In this document: positions 8,413 through 15,967 of the stretch, in pieces | Layout of the letters: every line of letters begins with the position of its first letter | Position numbering within the stretch: position 1 is the first letter of the stretch | DNA from: Allobaculum fili | GTDB lineage: Bacteria > Bacillota_I > Bacilli_A > Erysipelotrichales > Erysipelotrichaceae | Assembly: GCF_020969955.1 (NCBI RefSeq) | Contig: NZ_JAHDSX010000044.1 | Span: 1-18,669 of the forward strand | Length of the DNA: 18,669 bases | Direction: 5' to 3' | The notes under the pieces: generated by a model | The model's input: only the letters and a program-made list of their open reading frames with translations | Databases searched by the model: none | Told to the model about the DNA's origin: nothing | Made by a program: the position numbers and the translations under genes

Positions 8413-8425
8413 GCAGAATACGGGG

Positions 8426-9220
8426 TTAGATCAGGACCGCGCGGTCATCGGAAAATTCGGTACCGGCTGCTTCCTTGAACTTGTTGTGGAGATCTTCTAC
8501 GGTCAGCAAAGCTTTTTCGTCACCGCTTACGTCGTAGATGATCTTTCCGTTGTACATCATGATCAGACGGTTTCCCAGACGGATCGCATCGTTCATGTTG
8601 TGGGTGATCATCAGCGTCGTCAGCTTATTTTCGCTGACGATTTTTTCTGTAAGATCGAGAACTTTTTTAGCCGTCAGCGGGTCAAGCGCTGCGGTATGCT
8701 CGTCGAGCAGAAGCAGATCCGGCTTCTGAAGCGATGCCATGAGCAGCGTAATCGCCTGGCGCTGGCCGCCGGAAAGCAGGCCGACCTTGCTGGTGAGGCG
8801 GGTTTCCAGACCGAGTCCGAGCGTAGCGAGCTGATCGCGGTATTTCTGCTGTTCGCTTTTGGTATTTCCCCAGCGCAGGGTACGTCCCTGTCCGCGTCTT
8901 GCCGCAAAAGCCAGGTTTTCGCCGATTTCCATATCGGCTGCCGTACCCATCAGCGGGTCCTGGAAGACACGGCCGATGAATTTGGCACGCTTGTGCTCCG
9001 GCATGAGCGAAACGTCGGTATTGTTGAGAACGATGTGCCCGCAGTCTGGCGGATATACGCCGGCGATCAGGTTGAGCAGCGTCGATTTGCCGGCGCCGTT
9101 GCCGCCGATGACGGTAACGAACTGGCCTTCTTCAATGTGAAGATTCAGATCGCTGATCGCTTTCTTTTCATTTACGGTGCCTTTGTTAAAGGTTTTGGAG
9201 ACATGTGAGATTTTCAGCAT
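8426..9220 (-). CDS. ABC transporter ATP-binding protein (COG1101 type)
   Basis: 264 aa with Walker A GGNGAGKST, signature LSGGQRQ and Walker B LLLLDEHTAALD. The start overlaps the permease stop by 1 nt. Confidence 0.9.
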   Translation of the reverse strand: MLKISHVSKTFNKGTVNEKKAISDLNLHIEEGQFVTVIGGNGAGKSTLLNLIAGVYPPDCGHIVLNNTDVSLMPEHKRAKFIGRVFQDPLMGTAADMEIGENLAFAARRGQGRTLRWGNTKSEQQKYRDQLATLGLGLETRLTSKVGLLSGGQRQAITLLMASLQKPDLLLLDEHTAALDPLTAKKVLDLTEKIVSENKLTTLMITHNMNDAIRLGNRLIMMYNGKIIYDVSGDEKALLTVEDLHNKFKEAAGTEFSDDRAVLI

Positions 9221-10167
9221 CAGAACTTCTCCTCCACGCTTTCGACCGCTTCGGTCAGACGCTTATAGGCGGACGTCTGTGCGCGGTGTTCAAGAACGAC
9301 CGGAATGCTCAGGGCTGCAGCTACGAGCAGCGCTGTAAAGAGCTTCAGGTTGTCCGGGTTCAGACCGAGCTGCAGAACGAGCGAAACAATGATTCGATAC
9401 AAAATGCTTCCGACAACGATGGAGATCAGACGACGGAGGAATCCGCCCTTGCGTCCGAAAATGGTTTCTCCGATAACGATGGAAGCCAGAGCCATAACGA
9501 TGGCGCCGATGCCCATTTTGACATCCGCGTAGCCCTGCTGCTGGCAGACCAGCGCGCCGGACATGGCGATCAGTCCATTGGAAAGCATGAGCGCGATCAT
9601 CGTGGTCATGTTGGTCGACACGCCGTTGGCACGGACCATGTTCGGGTTGTTTCCCGTCGCACGAACCGACGCGCCGAGTTCAGTTCCGAAAAACCAGTAG
9701 AGCAGCGCAATCGTTGCGATGACAAACAGAATGCCGACGCAGATGACGGAAAGATAGCCCGGGGTGATCCAGCCCATGGCTGGGATGTGATCGGTCAGCC
9801 AGGAAAAGCAGGTGCTTTCGTTCATGAGCGGAATGTTGGATTTGCCCATGATCATCAGGTTGATGGAGTACAGACCGATCTGGGAAAGAATACCGGCAAG
9901 AATCGGCGGAATTTTGCAGACCGTATTGAAGAAGCCAGTCACTGCGCCGGCCAGAAAGCCAACGATCAGCGCAGCCAGTACGGTCAGATACGGATTGACG
10001 CCCATTAAGATGAGGGCCGAACTGATGGCCGCTCCCGTTGCGAAGGAGCCGTCGACGGTCAGGTCCGCAAAGTCAAGCAGGCGGAAGGTGATATATACGC
10101 CCAGGGCCATGATGCCCCAGAGGATTCCCTGTCCAATAGCACCTTCCAGAGAAAACAGAAGCGCCAT
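9220..10167 (-). CDS. ABC transporter permease (COG4120 type)
   Basis: 315 aa, with multiple hydrophobic helices throughout. It sits between the binding-protein and ATPase genes with 2-nt and overlapping junctions. Confidence 0.85.
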   Translation of the reverse strand: MALLFSLEGAIGQGILWGIMALGVYITFRLLDFADLTVDGSFATGAAISSALILMGVNPYLTVLAALIVGFLAGAVTGFFNTVCKIPPILAGILSQIGLYSINLMIMGKSNIPLMNESTCFSWLTDHIPAMGWITPGYLSVICVGILFVIATIALLYWFFGTELGASVRATGNNPNMVRANGVSTNMTTMIALMLSNGLIAMSGALVCQQQGYADVKMGIGAIVMALASIVIGETIFGRKGGFLRRLISIVVGSILYRIIVSLVLQLGLNPDNLKLFTALLVAAALSIPVVLEHRAQTSAYKRLTEAVESVEEKF

Positions 10168-10169
10168 TC

Positions 10170-11204
10170 CTATTCCTCAACGGTAACGTCTGTACCGCGG
10201 TCAACAACGGACTGCGGCAGCGTGAGGCCGAGTTTTTCTGCTGTCTTGGAGTTGAAGGAAAGCGTGCAGTCGTCCGTAGCCAGGTATTCAATGGCCATGT
10301 CTTCCGGTTTGCTTTCGCCTTTGAGGATGCTTACGGCCTGTGCGCCGGCAAGCTGTCCGAGTTTGTAGTAGTCAATACCATAAGTGGCAAGTCCGCCGTT
10401 TAAAACCATGCCTTCTTCGCCGACGATGGTCGGGATGCCAAAGCCGGTTGCGATCTGCGATACAGTCGCCATGCTTTCGGCCATCAGGTTATCGGTCGGT
10501 ACGTAGATGGCATCGACTTTTCCGTTAAGGGATTCAACAACCTGCTGAATCTGGTTTGAGTCGGTTACGGAAGCTTCCACGAATTCAAGGCCGCGGGCTT
10601 CGCATTCTTTTTTCGCCAGTTCAATCTGGAACGCGGAGTTGCTTTCGGCGTTGCAGTAGAGCAGACCTACGGTTTTCGCATCCGGTACGATTTCCTTGAG
10701 CAGATCGAACTGCGCTTCAATCGGGTTGAGGTCGGAAGAGCCGGTTACGTTGTTGCCTGGCTTTTCGTTGCTTTCCACCAGACCGGAATCTGCAGGGTCG
10801 GTTACCGCGGAAATGACAATTGGAATGTCCTTAGTTTCGTTGGCTGCAGCCTGCGCGGCCGGCGTAGCGACGGCGTAGATCAGATCTACTTTGTCGTTCA
10901 CGTATTTCTGGGCAATGGATGTGCAGTTGGCCACTTCGTTCTGTGCCGAGTTGAAGGTAATCTGCGCATCGGCATAGCCGTTTTCCTTAAGATAATCTTC
11001 AAAGCCTTTAGCAGCCGCATCGAGTGCGGGATGTTCGGTGTACTGGAGGATGCCGATCTTGACATCGGAAGCGCCATCGGCTGCCGCGGTGATACTGGAA
11101 CCATCGGCGCTGCTGGCTGTGGAGGAGCTGCCGCCATTTCCGGAACATCCGGCAAAGAGGAGCGCAGCACTCAGTGCAGCAATGGAATATCTGTGCAGTT
11201 TCAT
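10170..11204 (-). CDS. ABC transporter substrate-binding lipoprotein (ABC_sub_bind / COG2984 family)
   Basis: Signal peptide with lipobox LLFAGC, then a Ser/Gly/Ala linker and KIGILQYTEHPALD-type family sequence. I place the start at ATG 11204 (AGGAG upstream), not the GTG at 11237 used in the ORF track. Confidence 0.85.
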   Translation of the reverse strand: MKLHRYSIAALSAALLFAGCSGNGGSSSTASSADGSSITAAADGASDVKIGILQYTEHPALDAAAKGFEDYLKENGYADAQITFNSAQNEVANCTSIAQKYVNDKVDLIYAVATPAAQAAANETKDIPIVISAVTDPADSGLVESNEKPGNNVTGSSDLNPIEAQFDLLKEIVPDAKTVGLLYCNAESNSAFQIELAKKECEARGLEFVEASVTDSNQIQQVVESLNGKVDAIYVPTDNLMAESMATVSQIATGFGIPTIVGEEGMVLNGGLATYGIDYYKLGQLAGAQAVSILKGESKPEDMAIEYLATDDCTLSFNSKTAEKLGLTLPQSVVDRGTDVTVEE

Positions 11205-11237
11205 TGGATAAATGTCTCCTTTTTTCGTATTGCACAC

Positions 11238-11266
11238 ATTCTACACAATTCACACATTCTGCGTCA
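11238..11266 (-). promoter_or_regulatory. Candidate promoter of the ABC operon, with an embedded 10-bp direct repeat
   Basis: The minus strand reads TGACGC-N17-TAGAAT. AGAATGTGTG occurs twice (plus-strand CACACATTCT at 11233..11242 and 11251..11260), overlapping the spacer and the -10. Confidence 0.35.
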
Positions 11267-11472
11267 TTGTAAAAAAAGACTTTTCAAAAATTTTCATGAA
11301 ATTAGCTTTCAGAGTGCGGAATTTCATCCGATCTTGCAATTCTTGGACCTTGCTTCTCAATTTGTTCGCTTTTCAAGAACAGAACGGCCGTTCTTTTTCT
11401 TACACGATTTCCGAATTTACAGCCGATTCCTGCGCTGAAAAGCACAGAACCGCTTTCCACTCGATTTCCATG

Positions 11473-11498
11473 AAAAAAGCGGACCGCAAAAGGTCCGC
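11473..11498 (-). terminator. Rho-independent terminator after the 86-aa charged-protein gene
   Basis: GCGGACC-gcaaaa-GGTCCGC (11479..11498), followed on the minus strand by TTTTTT. Confidence 0.8.
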
Positions 11499-11525
11499 AT
11501 TCATACGGGTCTGTATGGAGATGAT

Positions 11526-11786
11526 TTAGTCGACGCCGTTGATTTTCTTTTCGTTTTCTTTGATTTTTTCTTCGTGACGAGCAGCTGCCTGTTCTTTGCG
11601 TTCGATCACTTTTTCGTCATGGTCGATTTCTTTTTCACGCAGCTCTTTCATGAATTTGGACTTGTCGGCGTCCTCTTCCACTACATGCATATTCATGTCC
11701 GCACGTTTCTTATCAATTTCACGCTCGTCATGACGAACTTCGTCACTCAGAACCTTGTCTTCAAACTTTTTGAATTCTTCAGCCAT
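11526..11786 (-). CDS. Hypothetical small, highly charged protein (86 aa) with a thrice-repeated His-acidic motif
   Basis: I place the start at MAEEFKK (AGGAGG 9 nt upstream), not the upstream start in the ORF track. By my count about 57% of residues are D/E/K/R. Repeats are RHDEREIDKKR, DHDEKVIERKE and RHEEKIKENEK. I recognise no family. Confidence 0.6.
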   Translation of the reverse strand: MAEEFKKFEDKVLSDEVRHDEREIDKKRADMNMHVVEEDADKSKFMKELREKEIDHDEKVIERKEQAAARHEEKIKENEKKINGVD

Positions 11787-11880
11787 AATCATCAGCCTCC
11801 TGTTTGACAGTACAATTATACGATCCTTTGTACAAAGGCCCTTGTACCGTGCCCGAAAGGATAAATCCGCATGCACAGAC

Positions 11881-11941
11881 AAAAAGCCGTCCCTGAACTG
11901 GGAAGAACGTTTTCCTTGGTTCAAAGGACGGCTTTGTTTTT
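11881..11941 (-). terminator. Long hairpin terminator (A/T tracts on both sides) after the 242-aa hypothetical gene
   Basis: GCCGTCC..TGAAC ... GTTCA..GGACGGC (11886..11932), flanked by AAAAA and TTTGTTTTT. Confidence 0.6.
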
Positions 11942-12021
11942 CATCTTGTATCAATTCTGTCTGCTGATTTTGTGCAGACGATTTTCTGCAGCGTTTTCTT
12001 TCCCGCTCGAGCGGGCTTTTG

Positions 12022-12750
12022 TTAGGCGTTGGCGTTTTCTTCGAGCAGCGTATTGAGAATGTCCTCGGGCATGTAGTCGAAGCGGATCGGCGTTCCGGAG
12101 ATCAGATAGTCGAGGCAGTCATCGGAATAGCCGGTTACGACATAGACCATCTTCTTGCCGTCTGGGTACGTAAGCAGCACCTTGCCGTTTTCGACCGCAT
12201 AGCTGCCGCTTCTTTCTTCCATCAGTTCCTTGCCGCGGAAGTCGTATTCCTTGAATTCATGATCGTCCCAGAAGCTCTGGCAGGTGTAGAGATCTTTCTG
12301 GAAGTAGTGGATCCAGTTGCCAAGCAGGCTTCTTTCCGAGAAACCAGAAGCGATCACATCCTGGATTTCCTTGTCCTTGCGGCTGCCCAGACGGATCTTG
12401 TCGAGCGTTTCTTCCGAAGCGGCCGGCATGCCCAGCAGGCTCTGCGCGAAGTCGATAACCTGCGTGCACTGCTCGATGCGTTCCTTCAGGCTGCTTTCGA
12501 AGGCGTTTCTGGCTTCTTCGTCGGCGGGAAGGGAAAAAAGTCCGTCCTGGCTGACCTGAGCGAGCAGGGATTCGAGTTCTTCTTTCTGGCTCGTCGCAGT
12601 CTGCACCATTTTCTGGATTTCCTGTTTGTTACGTTCTTCCTGGAGAGCGATCTGTTCCTTGATCTCTCGGATCATCTGATCGTTGTCCTGAATGTTCGTC
12701 TGAAGCTGACTGAAAATATCTTTCCAGACCTGAATGTCTGCTGTGTTCAT
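12022..12750 (-). CDS. Hypothetical protein (242 aa): N-terminal coiled coil plus a C-terminal beta-rich domain
   Basis: I place the start at MNTADIQ (AAAGGA 8 nt upstream). The N-terminal roughly 110 aa are Gln/Glu/Lys-rich and heptad-like. The C-terminus (GSYAVENGKVLLTYPDGKKMVYVVTGY) looks like a small beta domain. There is no signal peptide, and I recognise no family. Confidence 0.6.
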   Translation of the reverse strand: MNTADIQVWKDIFSQLQTNIQDNDQMIREIKEQIALQEERNKQEIQKMVQTATSQKEELESLLAQVSQDGLFSLPADEEARNAFESSLKERIEQCTQVIDFAQSLLGMPAASEETLDKIRLGSRKDKEIQDVIASGFSERSLLGNWIHYFQKDLYTCQSFWDDHEFKEYDFRGKELMEERSGSYAVENGKVLLTYPDGKKMVYVVTGYSDDCLDYLISGTPIRFDYMPEDILNTLLEENANA

Positions 12751-12976
12751 AGTTCTGATCCTTTCAATGGCGGCCAAGCGGCTGCCTTTTCCGTTTGATT
12801 GTTGCAAAAAATATCTTAAGGATCAAATACGACCGTCAGAAACGAAGATCAAATTCATACAAAAATCGCCATTTATGCCCGTATTCGCTTGACAGAACGT
12901 TCAAAACGTCCTTGTTTTGTACACATTCTTTCCAGTACTTTAAACTGGATCCGGTCTATATCCAGTCCTATATATC

Positions 12977-13010
12977 TTCTTTCTCACAAAAATTTCTTTC
13001 TCACAAAAAT
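12977..13010. repeat. Perfect 17-bp tandem duplication (TTCTTTCTCACAAAAAT x2)
   Basis: 12977..12993 is identical to 12994..13010. It lies in the intergenic region upstream of the 242-aa gene. Confidence 0.9.
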
Positions 13011-13060
13011 GGCCGCGATAATTTTCGATCCAAAAGGAATACCTGGAACAACAGATTTCC

Positions 13061-13115
13061 CCAAGAAAAGCTCCCTCAAGCCCGTCCGTTTCTTTCTGGG
13101 ACCGGCTTGAGGGAG
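13061..13115 (-). terminator. Strong hairpin terminator after the 190-aa hypothetical gene
   Basis: 12-bp stem CTCCCTCAAGCC/GGCTTGAGGGAG, extended by GTCC/GGAC (13071..13115). On the minus strand it is followed by CTTTTCTT. Confidence 0.7.
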
Positions 13116-13174
13116 CGTAATTCATTCCCTGTCTGCTCGAGCAATATTTACTGATTCAATATCTGTACTTGATT

Positions 13175-13747
13175 CTATTTTTTGCCGAACAGGGCACGAA
13201 GCAGCGCGATGCCGCCGGCAACCATCAGGAACACCTTGCCGGCTTCAATCAGAGCGGCTTTTGGATCGTCCTGCATTTCCTGCGCGAAATCACCGACATG
13301 ATCCACAGCTTTTTCACGGAACTCGCCGAATTTTTCGCGGGCATCCTGTGAAAGTTCATTGAATCGATCATCAAAGGCGTCTGCACGTCGGTCGACTTCT
13401 TCGCCAAACTGATGCGCGTAGTCTTCGAGCTGCGAACCGGCTTCTTTCGATGCCTGATTAAAATCGGCTTCTGCTTCTTTAGCAGCCTGACTGAAATCGG
13501 CTTTCACCTGTTCTTCGGCTTTTTGCGCTTCTTCTTTTGCGGCCTCCGCGTAGGCGCCGGCTTCGGCCATTTTCGCATGGGCCTGATCGACCGCCTGCTG
13601 GAAGTCCGTCTTTACGCTTTCACGAACCTGACTGGCTTTTTCTTCGGCGCTGGCCAGATCTTTTTTCATATCCTGATCGAGAACTGTTTTCTCGTCTTTT
13701 GTTGTTTCGGCTGTTTCGGGATGCATCGTGCTTTTTTCTTCGTTCAT
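13175..13747 (-). CDS. Hypothetical tail-anchored protein (190 aa) with amphipathic helical repeats (LEA/apolipoprotein/YtxH-like character)
   Basis: I place the start at MNEEKST (GGGAGG 6 nt upstream). The 100-codon upstream extension in the ORF track starts at TTG with no SD. Repeats are KTDFQQAVDQA, KADFSQAAKEA and EADFNQASKEA. The single C-terminal hydrophobic segment is ALIEAGKVFLMVAGGIALLRALFGKK. Confidence 0.6.
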   Translation of the reverse strand: MNEEKSTMHPETAETTKDEKTVLDQDMKKDLASAEEKASQVRESVKTDFQQAVDQAHAKMAEAGAYAEAAKEEAQKAEEQVKADFSQAAKEAEADFNQASKEAGSQLEDYAHQFGEEVDRRADAFDDRFNELSQDAREKFGEFREKAVDHVGDFAQEMQDDPKAALIEAGKVFLMVAGGIALLRALFGKK

Positions 13748-14085
13748 AGTAAACCTCCCATTTCGACCATCTATACTCGTTCCCTTTTCCGCTTCTTCTA
13801 TCCGATCCTTTTCCGCGCCGCTCAACGCTTCGTTTGGCTTTCTTACGAAATCCAGAACAAAGGAAGAACGTGAAAAAGAAGAGGCAAATCGGAAAAAAGC
13901 GGCGAATCGATCCGCGGGAACCGTTCCCTGTATGGATCGGTTTATAGATCGTCTTTCTCTGTTTCCATTATCTTGCAGCATGCGTTTTTCAAGAATTGCG
14001 TTGCCTGAACAAAAAAAATGGTAAGAAGCGAGAAAGCGGGCGGACAAACAAATACGCGTTTCGTTCTTTTCAATCCGTATGGATT

Positions 14086-14132
14086 TAAAAAGAGAAAACG
14101 AAAAGCCTAAGTTCGTTCGAAAACTCAGGCTT
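14086..14132 (-). terminator. Rho-independent terminator after the superoxide reductase gene
   Basis: AAGCCTAAG/CTCAGGCTT stem (14103..14132, one mismatch), followed on the minus strand by TTCGTTTTCTCTTTTT. Confidence 0.55.
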
Positions 14133-14202
14133 GAATCGTTTTGTGCGTGTGTGGTATTGCAGCCGGGCAGTCGTTTACGTACGCTGGGTTTTGGGCGACC
14201 GA

Positions 14203-14589
14203 CTAGAGATCGATTTCCTTTTTCCAGAGACCGTGCAGATTGCAGTATTCGTAGACAGCTGCTTTGCCGCTCTGTCCTTTGACATCGAATACAGCGACTG
14301 GTTCCTGACCAGGAAACAGAGTCTGCTTTTCTACGGATCCATCCGGATATTCCATCCAGATGTTGGTGATCCAGTGCGCCGGAAGCATCGGGTGCTTGGT
14401 CGAGCCGACCTGTACGGAGACTTTGCCGTCTTCTACTTTTACATCCGGTACGTGTTTTTCGAGCGCAGCATCGGTAGAACCGGCTTCGAGAAGCACTGCT
14501 GGTTCGCCGTTAATGGTAATATCAAGTTCCTTGTCCACGGGCAGTACAACTTCAACTACATCGCCCTGAGCACTTTTGTAGAGTTTCAT
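14203..14589 (-). CDS. sor: Superoxide reductase (desulfoferrodoxin-like, N-terminal domain without the FeCys4 centre)
   Basis: 128 aa. Active-site motifs are EKHVP, HPM...AHW and YCNLHGLW, which would supply the His4Cys ligands. The N-terminal domain aligns by eye with the desulforedoxin-like domain, but all four Cys are replaced and the protein has only one Cys. AAGGAGG lies 8 nt upstream. Confidence 0.9.
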   Translation of the reverse strand: MKLYKSAQGDVVEVVLPVDKELDITINGEPAVLLEAGSTDAALEKHVPDVKVEDGKVSVQVGSTKHPMLPAHWITNIWMEYPDGSVEKQTLFPGQEPVAVFDVKGQSGKAAVYEYCNLHGLWKKEIDL

Positions 14590-14904
14590 AAGAAATTCCT
14601 CCTTGTCTCTACTAGTCTACCATTGACCGTTTTGCGGCCTCCCGATTACGACCGTAAACTGACATTCGTTCGGAAGAAAAAAGTATAAAAAACATAGAAA
14701 ACTTCACAGAAAAGATGACTTTGCCTTTTTTGCGCTTTGAAAGTGGATAATTCCGTCTTCCACGCAGGCCTCGACCCGCATTTTCCGATGCCCTGGCAGC
14801 CGTTCAAACCCCTTCCCTTTGCGTAAAACAGGCAAACGTTCATCATTTCCTCATTTGTGGCCGCTTCGGGATAAGATGAAGAAAACAACAGAAAGGTTTT
14901 AATC

Positions 14905-15813
14905 ATGTCCATTCAAATTCATGTTCTCCCTGATGGAAATCTTCAGGCGCTGACGGATCTGCCGATCACGCTGGAAGAATTCAATACATTTTTGGCGATT
15001 TCCAAAGAAAAGAAAAAACATACGGAAATTCTGAAAAACGGTCAGGTCATCACCAACCCGGCTGAAGAAATTTCCCCAAAAGATAAAGTCACCGTTCGCA
15101 TCGACCAAACGTTCGATATTTCAGAAACGACACCGCTGTCCTTTGCGGGCGTTCCGATCGTTTACGAAGACGATTTCTGCCTGGTAGCCAACAAGAAGCC
15201 GTTTTTACTCGTGCATGGTGACGGCAATACCGAAGATACGCTGACCTCCCGCGTCAACGGCTATCTCGTTTCCAACGGCGCCCGCTTTGCGGCGCAGCCG
15301 GTCAACCGCATCGACCAGGAAGCCAGCGGCCTCGTTCTTTTTTCCAAGCATCCGCTTGTCAAGGCGTTCCTCGATGAGCAGTTCGAAAACGGCACCGCCA
15401 AAAAGGAATATCTCGCCGTTGTAGACGGCCGTGTGGATCATCGGGAAATCGACATCAACAACCCGATTGCCCGCAACCGTCACGAAGCCGAAAAGATGAT
15501 GGTCTTCTCCAAAGGCAAACCTGCCCATACCCACATCACCCGTCTGAAACTGTTTGAAGACAAATCGCTCGTCTGTGCCGACATTTCCACCGGACGCAAG
15601 CACCAGATCCGCGTTCATCTGGCCAACATCGGCTATCCGATCATGAACGATCCGCTGTACGGTCTTGTCCGCAACAAAAAAGGCCTGATGCTTCAGGCCT
15701 ATCGTCTGCGCTTTCTGCAGCCGTACACGCGCAAGCCGATCGAAGTCGAACTCGACATGGATACCCGCTTCAAATGGTTTGATCCGGCCCTTGCCCGCAA
15801 AAGCGATAACTAA
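14905..15813 (+). CDS. RluA-family (RluD-subfamily-like) rRNA pseudouridine synthase
   Basis: 302 aa with the catalytic-Asp motif NRIDQEASGLVLFSK, the HQIRVHL motif and an S4-like N-terminal segment. Confidence 0.9.
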   Translation: MSIQIHVLPDGNLQALTDLPITLEEFNTFLAISKEKKKHTEILKNGQVITNPAEEISPKDKVTVRIDQTFDISETTPLSFAGVPIVYEDDFCLVANKKPFLLVHGDGNTEDTLTSRVNGYLVSNGARFAAQPVNRIDQEASGLVLFSKHPLVKAFLDEQFENGTAKKEYLAVVDGRVDHREIDINNPIARNRHEAEKMMVFSKGKPAHTHITRLKLFEDKSLVCADISTGRKHQIRVHLANIGYPIMNDPLYGLVRNKKGLMLQAYRLRFLQPYTRKPIEVELDMDTRFKWFDPALARKSDN

Positions 15814-15865
15814 TGCGGCATTTGATCTTTCGTTAACCATTTTGATCCATTTTGCTAAAACGCTG

Positions 15866-15892
15866 AGCTGCCAAAATCCGGCAGCTTTTTTC
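15866..15892 (+). terminator. Rho-independent terminator after the pseudouridine synthase gene, possibly shared with the convergent Crp/Fnr gene
   Basis: AGCTGCC-aaaatcc-GGCAGCT followed by TTTTTT. Confidence 0.75.
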
Positions 15893-15967
15893 ATGTCCTG
15901 CAGCAAGATCTGGACCAGCAGGTTTCCCTTTTCCTCCGGTTCAATTCGTCCGTTTTGATTCGTTCGT

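Noticed and set aside
11205-11472. T-box riboswitch upstream of the ABC importer
   Set aside because: I found no T-box core sequence and no terminator/antiterminator pair by eye. The only hairpins are a short AGAAC-ggcc-GTTCT palindrome and the terminator of the upstream gene.
12002-12015. Perfect 14-bp palindrome CCCGCTCGAGCGGG directly after the stop of the 242-aa gene, and the hairpin GTCTGC/GCAGAC at 11959..11979, read as plus-strand terminators
   Set aside because: No plus-strand gene precedes them. On the minus strand neither is followed by a T-tract. The larger hairpin at 11886..11932 is the better terminator candidate.
13748-14047. 100-codon N-terminal extension of the 190-aa gene in the ORF track. 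Similar extensions appear in the ORF track for 11787..11954, 12751..12807, 11205..11237 and 16673..16828.
   Set aside because: The extended starts are TTG, GTG or ATGs without an SD, whereas strong SD-ATG pairs exist at the internal starts. The extension sequences are compositionally unlike the mature proteins. In the hcp case the extension would run through the operator and leader.
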